From a virus, in IMG/VR virus record IMGVR_UViG_3300005190_000020: DNA of 64,000 nt. One strand, given 5' to 3'. The notes below the pieces were generated by a model. That model was not told the origin of the DNA. It worked only from the letters and a program-made list of their open reading frames with translations, and did no database searches. Each line of letters opens with the position of its first letter. The stretch's first letter is position 1. Both the position numbers and the translations under genes were made by a program. Positions 1-9,223 of this stretch are shown here, piece by piece.

Positions 1-14
1 CTGGCGGCGTTGAA

Positions 15-2975
15 ATGGAGAGAGAACGGATAGTTCAGCACAACCACCCTGTTGGAAGTTCTACATCGCAAGGTGGTACAGGTAGAGACTTTTTAGGGAG
101 TTCAGGAGGTTTCAACTTCACAAACAACATCCCTTCTAGTGGTTGGCAGAGACTTGGAGGTCAGGCTTTCAGCGGCACAAGCCCGCCTGAAAATGATTTA
201 GCCCATGCCGTAGAATTTGAAATAGCTAGTATAACTCCTTTTGACCAGCCTCAAGGAAGTACTGTTGTAAGAGACCTTCACTATGCTATAGTGGCAGGAG
301 ACCCTGTTGCAAACTTTAGTTACACTCCTTTATCTCCTTCTACGGTCGATACTGTACGTTTCGAAGAAAACACCACGCAAGACATTGAGCAGACAGCAGT
401 TTACTTTGACTGGGATTTAGGTGACGGAACAACTTTTGACGGTTCAACACTTCAAGACAACGGAGAGGTTGTAACTCATAGCTACAGCAGTTCCGGTACT
501 TACACAGTTACAATGGAGGCTAGAGACAGTAATGATAACTTGATTGACGATGTTTCGAAAGATATAGAAGTTAGGGTTGCTAATTCTAATTCTTTAAGCC
601 TGCCTGACAGCCCTGAAAAACTTTCAGAAGAACAGAGAGAAGTTCTTGACGATGCTATTCAATCAAAAGCCAAGTCTGAAAGTGTTGAAAGCCAAGACAT
701 TTCGGCTCAGAACGACCCTGATGTAAACGTTGCTCTTGGAGACCCAGACCAAAACAACGTTACACAATGGATTTTTGATGATAACACTGAAACTGTTACT
801 TATGATGGAAGCGTTGTAAACGAATCTAGCACAAACTACAACGGCTTTGAAATTGAGCTTCGTATATTTAAGCTTGACCCTAGCCAGTTCGCCGGAGGCG
901 AAGTTATACAAGCTGAGGAAGTCGTTGACACTCAGACCACAAGTGCTGGTTTCGTTGAAAGTTACTCTTTTGACAGAGACTTCGACGATTTTGATGATGA
1001 CTCAACCTTTGAAGGTCAAGGAGAGGTGTACTACAAGATAATTGTTTACGACCTTAGCGGAAACATACTAGATGAAGTATATCAGAGAGAAGGAGGGAGT
1101 GGCCGGCAGGCAGCACACTTCCTTGCAGAACCGAAGGACTTCACAGAAATAACAGCAATAACTGACGGAAACGGTAACGACGCTACTCAAGGCGACACAC
1201 TTACTTCAGCAAATATAGACATCGAAACTAAATCAATCCATTCTGGAAGAACAGAAGGAATAGACCTAACAATTGATGAAGACGGCGGAACTCAAAACCC
1301 TATAAGAGATGTTGAAATTTCAAGTTCCGTAGATGATGCTTTTATCGAACTAGGTCTTGATGAAATAGTTACATTCACAATAAACGGTCAAGAATATTCT
1401 GTTGTTAACGAGGGAGTTAATGGGGATACCGCAGACGTATTCTTTGACGGAAGCGTAAGCCAGGTAGACCAGGGCGAAACATTTTCAATACAGGGAATTG
1501 GCTTCAAAGCTGTTAAATGTGTTGAAGACGGCGGTTATGAAGGCTTCGTCTTCTCTACGTACTTAACCGAGACAAATAACTTTAATCTTTCAGCAGGCAG
1601 TTTTACAGCTAATCTTGAAGCAGAACACGAAGAAAGAGATGGGAGCTACACTATAACAAGAAATGAGGACTTTACAATAAGCTTGAATCAGCCTCCGACA
1701 GCAGAGTTTTCTTTTTCGCCTACATCCCCTGACAGTTTCGAAGCTATAACATTTACCGATGAATCAACAGACCCAGACGGTTCCGGCGACTTAGATACTT
1801 GGGAGTGGGATTTCGGTGACGGAACAACGCAGACAATTAATAACGCACCAGGAGATACAACACACAGTTACAGTAGTTCGGGTAGTTACGACGTTACACT
1901 GACTGTAACCGATGATTCAGGTGTTCAAGATACTCACACTGAAACAGTGAATGTGGGTGGTATAGATGCACTTGACAACACTGTTGTTATGTCAGGTGTT
2001 AGAAATGTTGGTTCTACACCAATGCTTGATTCACAGGTTGTAAGCAACGCTAATACTATTGAACAATCAGGAGTAACCAATGTCGGAACACAAGTCTCTC
2101 CGGCAGGAGACACCTACATGACTGAGAGAGTTCATATTCCTTACAGACAAATCGCAGGTAGCTACGAAATTTACGTTGCCACTCAAGGAAGCGGCGACTG
2201 CCACGTTATCGGCGGCGTAGAACTTAGACAGTTGAACCACTTCCACGACATGCCACGACAGGACGACTTTGACGGAGCCGACCCTGATATAGGTTCCGGT
2301 GCTGAAAACAAGGAGATACCTTTCCAGAAATCAACAGGTAACAGAGGAGATGTAAACCTAGACTTCAGTACTAACGACGAATCAATTGTTTTAGATACTA
2401 CGGAAAACGGCAACGACGTAACTATTACTGTTGCAAACGAGGACGGTAGCGGAAACTTTACGAATACAGAACAGATAACGGCTAATGACGGTACAGCCAC
2501 TACAACAAATACTTATCAGGACGCAGAGCTTTACATAAGGATTGATTCAGCAAGCGATGAAGAAAACTTTGAAGTCAGAGATGTTTCTGGCGACGATGCT
2601 TATACTTTAGCTGCTGTAACTCTTGACAGCTTCCAATCAGATAAGACAAGTCAACAAAAAGAAAATGTAAGCGATGGAGATGGAGAAGAACAGGATATTA
2701 TCGAAGATGTACCTGCCGACCTTCTACAAGGAAGTACGGCAAATAACGTCCAGATATTTATTGATGACCAACCAGACAGCGGAGGCAACACTGAACAAGA
2801 GATTACAGGAGACCTTTACGGCGGTTCAAATGATTCAGGCACAGCCAAAGATAAAGAGCTTGATATAAGCGACTATGTTGACAGTCCTGGATGGTACAGA
2901 CTTAAAATTGTGCCTGACCAAGCAAGTTTCGTAAAATCAAGAGTATTCCTAGACCACCACAAGGATACAGAATGA
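15..2975 (+). CDS. Large acidic surface/adhesin-like protein with PKD-type repeats (possible fibre/host-recognition protein); may be N-terminally truncated by window edge
   Basis: 986 aa ORF; two repeats of the PKD-like signature WDFGDGT...THSYSSSG(T/S)Y(T/D)VT; very D/E/T/S rich. Confidence 0.6.
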   Translation: MERERIVQHNHPVGSSTSQGGTGRDFLGSSGGFNFTNNIPSSGWQRLGGQAFSGTSPPENDLAHAVEFEIASITPFDQPQGSTVVRDLHYAIVAGDPVANFSYTPLSPSTVDTVRFEENTTQDIEQTAVYFDWDLGDGTTFDGSTLQDNGEVVTHSYSSSGTYTVTMEARDSNDNLIDDVSKDIEVRVANSNSLSLPDSPEKLSEEQREVLDDAIQSKAKSESVESQDISAQNDPDVNVALGDPDQNNVTQWIFDDNTETVTYDGSVVNESSTNYNGFEIELRIFKLDPSQFAGGEVIQAEEVVDTQTTSAGFVESYSFDRDFDDFDDDSTFEGQGEVYYKIIVYDLSGNILDEVYQREGGSGRQAAHFLAEPKDFTEITAITDGNGNDATQGDTLTSANIDIETKSIHSGRTEGIDLTIDEDGGTQNPIRDVEISSSVDDAFIELGLDEIVTFTINGQEYSVVNEGVNGDTADVFFDGSVSQVDQGETFSIQGIGFKAVKCVEDGGYEGFVFSTYLTETNNFNLSAGSFTANLEAEHEERDGSYTITRNEDFTISLNQPPTAEFSFSPTSPDSFEAITFTDESTDPDGSGDLDTWEWDFGDGTTQTINNAPGDTTHSYSSSGSYDVTLTVTDDSGVQDTHTETVNVGGIDALDNTVVMSGVRNVGSTPMLDSQVVSNANTIEQSGVTNVGTQVSPAGDTYMTERVHIPYRQIAGSYEIYVATQGSGDCHVIGGVELRQLNHFHDMPRQDDFDGADPDIGSGAENKEIPFQKSTGNRGDVNLDFSTNDESIVLDTTENGNDVTITVANEDGSGNFTNTEQITANDGTATTTNTYQDAELYIRIDSASDEENFEVRDVSGDDAYTLAAVTLDSFQSDKTSQQKENVSDGDGEEQDIIEDVPADLLQGSTANNVQIFIDDQPDSGGNTEQEITGDLYGGSNDSGTAKDKELDISDYVDSPGWYRLKIVPDQASFVKSRVFLDHHKDTE

Positions 2976-3140
2976 ATATAGTAAAACAAACTGACGGCTC
3001 GGTAGTAGTCGAACTTGAAGACAAAGTAGTCAGATATGCCGCTAGTCGAACAAATAAGAAAAACTACTTGACTGGTGAAGGCGTAGAAAAGTTGGAAGAA
3101 TGGAAAATAGATTTGATTGAAAACTACGGAGTTGGTTTAG

Positions 3141-3647
3141 ATGAATTATGAAGTTAAAGTTTTGAGGACCGCAGATAGTGGAAGCGGTATAAGTGTAGAA
3201 GCAAAGGTTGAAGGAGAAACTGTTGCACACACCTTCCCCAAAGGATTGGGTTTCTTCGATGATTCCGGAGAAGGTAAGCCAAGGTTTGTGGAGAAACTTG
3301 AAGAAAAGTACGAGGAAAAAATGAAGAGAAAGCAAAAAACTTCGGTTCAAGCTCTCAGCACTGAAGAGGCTAAAATCCATGGCCGGTACTACGAAAACAA
3401 AAAATATTCCAGCAGCGTCTCCGAAAGATTTAAACAGGCAAATAACCAAGACAATGTTATGGATGTAGAACTTGATGAACCTGAGAAAATCAGGCAGTAC
3501 TTGAAAGAAAACATGGCTGAAGGTTATCTCTCTGATGAGGAAGAAGCTAGCATCGACAAGTTTGTAGACAGGTACAAAGAAATGATGGAAGGAAGACAAG
3601 GATTTCAGCAAATCGTAGAACGGATTCAAACAGGTAGAGTTCAATGA
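3141..3647 (+). CDS. hypothetical protein (168 aa, K/E-rich)
   Basis: ORF with ATG; follows the previous gene in a plus-strand block. Confidence 0.45.
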   Translation: MNYEVKVLRTADSGSGISVEAKVEGETVAHTFPKGLGFFDDSGEGKPRFVEKLEEKYEEKMKRKQKTSVQALSTEEAKIHGRYYENKKYSSSVSERFKQANNQDNVMDVELDEPEKIRQYLKENMAEGYLSDEEEASIDKFVDRYKEMMEGRQGFQQIVERIQTGRVQ

Positions 3648-3847
3648 ATTTGCTAAGTTACTTCAAGGATTTGTTTTGCGGTGGAGAAGTAAAAAAGCTT
3701 AGGAAAAGGATTTCGAATTTGCAGGAAAGAAATAATGATTTGAGCAGCCAGGTCAGTGAACTAAAGGAAGAGAATCAAGAGCTGCGGGAGAAAGTTGATG
3801 GTTTTGAAGAGTTTGTGGAAGATATTGAACGAGGTAAGATACTATGA
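3644..3847 (+). CDS. small coiled-coil protein (67 aa)
   Basis: Overlapping-stop/start coupling with neighbours; heptad-like E/L-rich sequence. Confidence 0.4.
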   Translation: MNLLSYFKDLFCGGEVKKLRKRISNLQERNNDLSSQVSELKEENQELREKVDGFEEFVEDIERGKIL

Positions 3848-4782
3848 GTAGAATACCAGAGGAAATAAAGAAGAAACTTCTCGATTACCCCTTCGTTACC
3901 GCTGTCGGGACAGGGTACGGACGGGGGGAAAGGCATAAAAACGACGAAAAAGCCGTAGTAGCTTTCGTAGAGGAGAAAAAGGCGGAGTCAGAGCTTGGCG
4001 AAGAAGAGATTCTTCCGAAGGAGATTGACGGCTGGAAAGTCGATGTTCAACCTGTTGGAGAGATTGGAATCGAACCAGTTGAACCTCAAACACCTAAAGA
4101 CACAGGTGAAATTGAGACAACTGACCGACACCGACCTAACCCGCAAGGAGTTTCAATCGGCCACCCTGACATAACTGCTGGAACAGCAGGATTTATTGCA
4201 TGGAAGAAAGAAGAAGATTATGGAATAACGTATCCTGCTCCTAGAGGAGTGACTAATAACCATGTCGGTGCGAATGTTAACGACGCAGAAAAAGGTGACA
4301 GCATCTTACAGCCAGGTAGTTACGACGGCGGAAGCAGTGATGACAAGATTGGAGAACTTGAAGGATTTATACCTATCAAGGACAACGACAACAAGGTAGA
4401 TGTAGCATGGTATACTATCGACGGAAGAAACTCGAACAGTTATGTTCCTTCTGTAGGCGTACCTACTGAGACTGCACAAGTTGAGGAAGGCGAAACAGTT
4501 AAAAAGTTTGGAAGAACTACAGGACTGGAAAAAGGTGATGTCCGGTCAACAGATGCTCGTGTCCGTGTAAGGTACAGCAACGGAGTTAAAGAGTTTGAAG
4601 GACAGATTATTGCAGACAGTATTTCTAGCGGAGGAGATTCCGGAAGCGCTGTTGTTAATCAAGACGGCGAATTAGTTGGACTGCTTTTCGCAGGTTCAAC
4701 AGAGATTACGATTGCAAACCCTATTCAAACTGTTTTAGATGAGACAGGACTTGTCTTAAACCCTGGTGATGTATATGAGTGA
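3844..4782 (+). CDS. trypsin-like (S1 family) serine protease
   Basis: C-terminal GDSGSAV motif (catalytic Ser); upstream TNNHVG (His) and D; 312 aa. Confidence 0.6.
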   Translation: MSRIPEEIKKKLLDYPFVTAVGTGYGRGERHKNDEKAVVAFVEEKKAESELGEEEILPKEIDGWKVDVQPVGEIGIEPVEPQTPKDTGEIETTDRHRPNPQGVSIGHPDITAGTAGFIAWKKEEDYGITYPAPRGVTNNHVGANVNDAEKGDSILQPGSYDGGSSDDKIGELEGFIPIKDNDNKVDVAWYTIDGRNSNSYVPSVGVPTETAQVEEGETVKKFGRTTGLEKGDVRSTDARVRVRYSNGVKEFEGQIIADSISSGGDSGSAVVNQDGELVGLLFAGSTEITIANPIQTVLDETGLVLNPGDVYE

Positions 4783-5125
4783 CGATGATGCAGGAACTCA
4801 GCCTGCTGGGAGAGGACCTCCTGAAAATCCTGGCGGCGGTAGAGGACCTTCTGAAGATGTTCCTCCTGGAAAAGATGAGCATCCCGTTGAAGAAGTAAGA
4901 GAGAAGTTTGAAAACATCATGGATGAGAGTATTGAGCAAGGAAGACTTGGAATGAAGGTTATTGATGAGGACGGTAATGAGAAGAACCGTGTTGAGTACC
5001 TGCGTGTGGACGGACAAGGAAGCGTTGAAGCGTGGAAGTACGATGAGACAAGCGGTCAATCACTTAGTCCTGACTCTGACAGCAGTAAGTGGGCTTTGAG
5101 ACGTAGAGACAAGCTTCAGGAATAA
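4766..5125 (+). CDS. hypothetical protein (Gly/Pro-rich N-terminus)
   Basis: 119 aa ORF, plus-strand block. Confidence 0.4.
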   Translation: MMYMSDDDAGTQPAGRGPPENPGGGRGPSEDVPPGKDEHPVEEVREKFENIMDESIEQGRLGMKVIDEDGNEKNRVEYLRVDGQGSVEAWKYDETSGQSLSPDSDSSKWALRRRDKLQE

Positions 5126-5134
5126 GATATTAAC

Positions 5135-5431
5135 TTGAACGGAGGTGAATACATAAAGATGACTAATGAAGTTTTAGTAGGTGACAAAGAGCTTGGACGT
5201 TACTACAAAGCTGTTGACAAACAGTTAGAAGAGAATGAGGATGTAAAACTTCTTTCTCGTGGACAAGTTAACAACGGAAAAGCTCTTGACGTAGCTGAAA
5301 TCGTTCGTAGAGAGGAAGGTGCTTCAGTTCAAGGTATTTCTACAAGCACTGCAAAGTTTGAGAACGATGACGGTGAAGAAGTTCGTGTTACCGAGCTAGA
5401 AGTTGAAATAATAAAAGAAGACGAGGAATAA
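5135..5431 (+). CDS. Alba-like (Sso10b-type) nucleic-acid-binding protein; true start probably the second Met (nt 5159)
   Basis: Similarity by eye to Alba core (SRGQ..NGKALDVAEIVRRE vs Alba ARGRAISKAVDTVEIVRN); ~90 aa domain size. Confidence 0.4.
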   Translation: MNGGEYIKMTNEVLVGDKELGRYYKAVDKQLEENEDVKLLSRGQVNNGKALDVAEIVRREEGASVQGISTSTAKFENDDGEEVRVTELEVEIIKEDEE

Positions 5432-5460
5432 AGCCTCGTCAGATAAATTTTACTTTTTTC
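5432..5460. terminator. convergent intergenic T-rich tract (putative bidirectional archaeal oligo-T terminator)
   Basis: AAATTTTACTTTTTTCTTATTCT between the end of the plus-strand block and the first minus-strand gene. Confidence 0.3.
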
Positions 5461-5829
5461 TTATTCTGGTGGTCGTCTAACGTCCCAGACGTGTGCGTCG
5501 TTAGGCTGTCCTTCGATTTCAGTGGTTCCTTCGTATACGACTGCGACCACTTCGCCGTTTTCTACTTCGTCAAGCTGATTCCGCAGAATTGCGTGCGGTG
5601 TAAAGCCGTAAGTGATTTCTTCTTCACTGTTGTCGAAGAGAGCGTTTTCAACGCCGCCGATTGGCCGGATACCTGTAAATTCTCCTACCCAGTAGTCTCC
5701 TTCTTCAACTTCCGCCATGTCGATAAATTCTAGGTCGAAATCGTTGAAGTCAGAGTCTTCTGGACCGGAATCTACAGATTCCCAGTCATCGACGTTACTG
5801 TCGAAAAGGACTTCTCCTGCTTCTGCCAT
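5461..5829 (-). CDS. hypothetical acidic protein (122 aa)
   Basis: ORF; D/E-rich like the rest of the proteome. Confidence 0.45.
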   Translation of the reverse strand: MAEAGEVLFDSNVDDWESVDSGPEDSDFNDFDLEFIDMAEVEEGDYWVGEFTGIRPIGGVENALFDNSEEEITYGFTPHAILRNQLDEVENGEVVAVVYEGTTEIEGQPNDAHVWDVRRPPE

Positions 5830-5831
5830 TG

Positions 5832-6068
5832 TTAGTTGTCACCTCCGTTAAAACTTGGTAGTTGGTCTACAAATTCTTGTACTGATTTTGCGTCTTCCTC
5901 AATGTTGTCGAGCCTGTTACGGGCTTCGTCTACTTCGTTGAGCATTTCCTGTGCTTCATCTTTCATTGACTGTAACTGATTGATGAACTCCGCCATTTCT
6001 CCGATGCGGTCATTTCTTCGTGACTCAAGGTCTTCAACGAGACCCGATGTCTTGCGTAGTAAACCCAT
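5832..6068 (-). CDS. small coiled-coil protein (78 aa)
   Basis: ORF; conserved promoter motif at 6102-6122 upstream. Confidence 0.45.
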   Translation of the reverse strand: MGLLRKTSGLVEDLESRRNDRIGEMAEFINQLQSMKDEAQEMLNEVDEARNRLDNIEEDAKSVQEFVDQLPSFNGGDN

Positions 6069-6101
6069 GGGTGTAGTTAGTTCACCTTATAGTAATTAAT
6101 G

Positions 6102-6122
6102 GGTACTTAACTTTTATATACC
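6102..6122 (-). promoter_or_regulatory. conserved TATA/BRE-type promoter motif (family consensus GGTGTTTAACTTTTATAAACC as written on plus strand; reads TATA box TTTATAAAAG on minus strand)
   Basis: GGTACTTAACTTTTATATACC; ~35-50 nt upstream of the minus ATG at 6068. Confidence 0.5.
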
Positions 6123-6138
6123 TATTGGAAAATGTGAC

Positions 6139-6212
6139 GCGTCCGGTAGGATTTGAACCCACGGCCTACCGATTAGAAGTCGGTTGCTCTGATTCCGCTG
6201 AGCTACGGACGC
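6139..6212 (-). tRNA. tRNA-Arg (anticodon UCU)
   Basis: Hand-folded cloverleaf on minus strand: acceptor GCGTCCG/CGGACGC, T-loop TTCAAAT, anticodon loop CTTCTAA. Confidence 0.8.
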
Positions 6213-6235
6213 ATATTTGTGGTTACACAGTGTAT

Positions 6236-6302
6236 ATTCTTTAACACACACACAGTACTTTCCACAAGTTTATAAAGGTTAATACCGACAGGTTTATAAG
6301 GT
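6236..6302. repeat. copy A of a ~65-nt repeated element containing (CA)5 and two TATA-like boxes
   Basis: TTAACACACACACAGTACTTTCCACAAGTTTATAAAGGTTAATACCGACAGGTTTATAAGGTG; ~85% identical to 60723-60790; inverted partial copy at 10021-10045. Confidence 0.55.
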
Positions 6303-6316
6303 GCGTGTTAAGGGTA

Positions 6317-6393
6317 CGAGCGATACCGGATTTGAACCGGTGACTTGAAGGTTAAAAGCCTTCTGCTCTAGAACCAGACTGAGCTAATCGCCC
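6317..6393 (-). tRNA. tRNA-Lys (anticodon UUU)
   Basis: Acceptor GGGCGAT, D-arm GCTC..GAGC, anticodon loop CTTTTAA, T-loop TTCAAAT. Confidence 0.8.
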
Positions 6394-6411
6394 AAAAAAT
6401 CCCACAAATAC

Positions 6412-6642
6412 TTAGTTTTCTTTGTGGAAGTGGAAGTGTTCGATTGTTCTTGAAGGGAATCGTGCTACTTGGTACTCTCCGTCTTTCATTCCTTCTGTTT
6501 CTACGATTCCGTGGTCTTCGCTGTCGTTGCTTGTTTCAAGTTCTGTGTCGTGTAAGTGTAGTTCGTACTCTACACCTGAGTCTAGGACTACGACTATTTC
6601 GCCGTATTCCTGTAGTTCTCGTTGTAATTGGTCGATGTTCAT
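6412..6642 (-). CDS. hypothetical acidic protein (76 aa)
   Basis: ORF between two tRNAs; acidic composition. Confidence 0.35.
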   Translation of the reverse strand: MNIDQLQRELQEYGEIVVVLDSGVEYELHLHDTELETSNDSEDHGIVETEGMKDGEYQVARFPSRTIEHFHFHKEN

Positions 6643-6650
6643 AAGTCTAC

Positions 6651-6724
6651 GAGGCTTGCAGGATTTGAACCTGCGGCTGGCACCTTCGAAGGGTGTTGCT
6701 CTGTCCAGACTGAGCTAAAGCCCC
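6651..6724 (-). tRNA. tRNA-Arg (anticodon UCG)
   Basis: Acceptor GGGGCTT/AAGCCTC, anticodon loop CTTCGAA, T-loop TTCAAAT. Confidence 0.8.
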
Positions 6725-6807
6725 AGTAACGCTGCTGCCATTACTGCGTTAGCTGCAAGCAGCAGTATTATCAGTAGTCTTATTATCTGGAATATTATAT
6801 TCATCAT

Positions 6808-6880
6808 GGACTCGGTGCGATTTGAACGCACGGCTTTTTCGCTGCCAACGAAATGCTCTGCCAGACTGAGCTACGAGCCC
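6808..6880 (-). tRNA. tRNA-Ala (anticodon GGC)
   Basis: Acceptor GGGCTCG with G3:U70 Ala identity pair; anticodon loop TTGGCAG; T-loop TTCAAAT. Confidence 0.8.
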
Positions 6881-7350
6881 GTTAAATGTTCTAGCCTGTG
6901 ACAATTCGCACAGAGTATTTTACATTTATCAACTTCATTTTTTAAGTCTTGTAAATCATATCCTGCTCTTATTTTCATGTTGGCTACAGCATCTACTTTT
7001 TCTGTAGGTTCTTTGTGGTGGAAATCGAGTAACTCTTCTTTTTCTAGTCCACATCCTTCACATTTAGAGTTCTTTTTAATTTTTTCTATGTAATCTATTT
7101 TTCCTTTGTAAGCAGGATTATTTTCTCCTGACCATTCTCTTTCTTCGTGAATGGCTTTTGAACTACACGAGTTGCTACAGTATTTTCCTCTATCGTTGTT
7201 TCTAACTTCTTTTACTATAGCAGTGTGTTTGTCGTTGCAATAGTTACATCTCTTTACTATTACCTTAAACTCTCTGTAACCTCTATCCTCTCTATATACT
7301 TTTTTACCTCTAAATTCTTCATCTGTTTCTTCTAGTTCTTCTATATTCAT
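6871..7350 (-). CDS. HNH endonuclease (start taken at Met of MNIEELEE; longer ORF would overlap the upstream tRNA)
   Basis: Cys pairs plus HH..N..CANCH HNH core; NPAYKG motif shared with the other HNH genes in the island. Confidence 0.7.
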   Translation of the reverse strand: MNIEELEETDEEFRGKKVYREDRGYREFKVIVKRCNYCNDKHTAIVKEVRNNDRGKYCSNSCSSKAIHEEREWSGENNPAYKGKIDYIEKIKKNSKCEGCGLEKEELLDFHHKEPTEKVDAVANMKIRAGYDLQDLKNEVDKCKILCANCHRLEHLTGS

Positions 7351-7353
7351 AAT

Positions 7354-7427
7354 GAAAGCGGGAAGATTTGAACTTCCGACAGCCGCCATATAAGGACGGT
7401 GTTCTCACCTGGCTGAACTACGCTTCC
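7354..7427 (-). tRNA. tRNA with anticodon UAU (Ile/AUA-reading) - anticodon call tentative
   Basis: Acceptor GGAAGCG/CGCTTTC; anticodon arm CCGTC-CTTATAT-GGCGG (same stem as the Ile-GAU tRNA at 8088-8160); T-loop TTCAAAT. Confidence 0.5.
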
Positions 7428-8083
7428 ATGAAAGCGTTCGTCACTCTTTCAGCAAGTTTTTGACCGATACCATCTATTAGTTGTAGTCTTTCGTCAACTA
7501 GGTGTGACTTGCCTGATTGAGTGTAGTTAACTATTTCTTTTATACTTGTTTTCTCAAGTATTTTCTCTGCTTTTTCTTTACTGATTCCTTTAATGCAGGT
7601 AAGCATTGCTACTTGTAGGTCTTCAGTGTCGGCATTAGTCCTTTTTAGTTCTTCTACTTTTCTTTCACCGTTTTCGTCGTGTTTACTTATAATCTTGTTT
7701 ATGGCGTAGGCTGTTGCCTCTGCGTCCGGTGTGTAAATTATGCCGATTCCTTCACCGCTTCGGCTTACCATTGTACCGACGAAAGCATGTTTGTGAAGAC
7801 TGCTGTACTCTAGGTCGTAAGGGTTGCCCTCTACTATGATGTATTGGTGTTCAAAGTCTTCTAGCATGCGAAGTGTCTGCTCTTTCAGGCGACCGTCTTT
7901 GATGCTACTGGCTAGGTCGCTTGCCTCTTTTCGTTCAATTGCTACGTCTCGGTATACGAAGTCAGCTGTTTTCAAGCCTTTGGTTTCTGTGTCTGCACCG
8001 GTGTCTCTGTCTTTTACGGTTAGTTCTACTGTTGTTTGTATGTTGTTTGGTTCGTTGCTGTCTATGTAAAGCGTGTCTGTCAT
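7418..8083 (-). CDS. ERCC4-type (XPF/Mus81/Hef-like) nuclease with C-terminal helix-hairpin-helix
   Basis: ADFVYRDVAIERKEASDL (ERK..D nuclease signature); C-terminal LIDGIGQKLAERV HhH; 221 aa. Confidence 0.6.
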   Translation of the reverse strand: MTDTLYIDSNEPNNIQTTVELTVKDRDTGADTETKGLKTADFVYRDVAIERKEASDLASSIKDGRLKEQTLRMLEDFEHQYIIVEGNPYDLEYSSLHKHAFVGTMVSRSGEGIGIIYTPDAEATAYAINKIISKHDENGERKVEELKRTNADTEDLQVAMLTCIKGISKEKAEKILEKTSIKEIVNYTQSGKSHLVDERLQLIDGIGQKLAERVTNAFMEA

Positions 8084-8730
8084 TGATTACACCCCGACGG
8101 ATTTGAACCGCCGACTACCGCCTCATCAGGACGGGACTCTGACCGCTGAGTTAGGGGTGTATCCGAGTGAATCACTTGATGACAGTTAAAGCATACTATT
8201 TCGCATTTTTCAGCTTCTTGCTTAACATCTTCTAAGTCGTACTTCTTTAGACCGGCCATTCTTGAAACCGGTTTCACCTTTTCTACATTTTCTTTGTGGT
8301 GGAGTGCTAGTGCAGGATTTCTTTCTTCTTCACAGTATTTACAGCTTGAGTTGTCTTTCAATTCCTTTAAGTAGTCCTCTTTACCTCTGTACCTAGGGTT
8401 GTTTTTCCCGCTATAGTCTCTATTTTCGTTTTGATGTTTTGCTATACAACTTTTACCACAGTACTTTGCGCCTCCTCTTTTGTATGAGGATAGCTGATTT
8501 ATTGTTTCTTTGCCACACTGTTTACATTCGATTTTTATACCTTTCTTTCTGTGCGTGTTTTCAAAGTATATCCATACAACTTCTTTACCATCGTAAGTTT
8601 CAGATGTTTCTTCTATTTTTTCTCTTGTCATTTTGACTATGCGTCCTTCTTTTCCCAGCTTGTTTCTATGCTGTGGTTTTTTTCTTTTCCTAGCCATTCT
8701 TTTTCCAGCATGGTTTTTAGTCGCCACCAT
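8080..8730 (-). CDS. HNH endonuclease; ORF reads through the entire tRNA-Ile gene at its 3' end
   Basis: C..C zinc-finger pairs, NNPRYRG motif, HH..N..CFNCH HNH core; last ~26 codons coincide with tRNA 8088-8160. Confidence 0.6.
   Translation of the reverse strand: MVATKNHAGKRMARKRKKPQHRNKLGKEGRIVKMTREKIEETSETYDGKEVVWIYFENTHRKKGIKIECKQCGKETINQLSSYKRGGAKYCGKSCIAKHQNENRDYSGKNNPRYRGKEDYLKELKDNSSCKYCEEERNPALALHHKENVEKVKPVSRMAGLKKYDLEDVKQEAEKCEIVCFNCHQVIHSDTPLTQRSESRPDEAVVGGSNPSGCNQ
8088..8160 (-). tRNA. tRNA-Ile (anticodon GAU)
   Basis: Acceptor ACACCCC/GGGGTGT, anticodon loop CTGATGA, T-loop TTCAAAT. Confidence 0.75.
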
Positions 8731-8879
8731 GTGCCGGCTCTAATCATTTGTTCTACGTCTTTTTCTGTATTCATACGAAACGGCTTTTTTTCCTGTCCCA
8801 AACTGCTTCTTGCCCTGTTGTTTCTTGTTTAAGTGTTATGTATCGTGGTTTTTCGTCGTCGAGTGTTTCCTGCTTCATA

Positions 8880-8954
8880 TAGGCTGGGACAGATTTGAAC
8901 TGCCGCTCTCCTCCATGTCAAGGAGGTGTCATAACCAAGCTAGACCACCAACCT
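8880..8954 (-). tRNA. tRNA-Val (anticodon GAC)
   Basis: Acceptor AGGTTGG/CCAGCCT, anticodon arm CCTCC-TTGACAT-GGAGG, T-loop TTCAAAT. Confidence 0.7.
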
Positions 8955-9053
8955 GTAAAGGGAAATAGTGGAAATCAGGCTGTCAGTCGGTCTTTGCGAG
9001 CTTGAATGCTCTGATACCTCTTGCTTTGCCGAGGAGACTTGCTGTCCAGTCCG

Positions 9054-9082
9054 CCGAAGTAACTGATTTCCTTGCCCTAGTG
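9054..9082 (-). repeat. tRNA-associated conserved element, family 1 copy (minus-strand reading CTAGGGCAAGGAAATCAGTTACTTCGG)
   Basis: One of six copies sharing the 3' block (G/C)TTACTTCGR; lies immediately 3' of the intron-containing tRNA. Confidence 0.55.
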
Positions 9083-9085
9083 AAT

Positions 9086-9220
9086 TGGAGAGAGCTGGAC
9101 TCGAACCAGCGACCACGGGTTATGCATCCGAAGTAACTCCACTACTCGCACCAAGTAATTGGTTAATGTTGTAACGGAGTAGTTAAGTTACGCCGCTCTG
9201 CCTAACTGAGCTACCTCTCC
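9086..9220 (-). tRNA. tRNA gene with ~60-nt insertion (putative intron) between D-arm and T-arm; anticodon unresolved
   Basis: Clear 5' part GGAGAGG-TA-GCTC..GAGC and 3' part GCTGG-TTCGAGT-CCAGC-TCTCTCC-A; intervening sequence ends with conserved GGTGCGAGTAGTGGAGTTACTTCGG. Confidence 0.5.
9128..9152 (-). repeat. tRNA-associated conserved element, family 2 copy (minus reading GGTGCGAGTAGTGGAGTTACTTCGG) inside the tRNA insertion
   Basis: Shares a ~55-nt alignable block with the insertion at 10820-10870. Confidence 0.55.
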
Positions 9221-9223
9221 ATT

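Noticed and set aside
6422-6718. 98-aa and 66-aa plus ORFs
   Set aside because: Antisense to the acidic 76-aa gene and overlapping tRNA-Arg(UCG); Cys/Ser/Leu-rich low-complexity translation.
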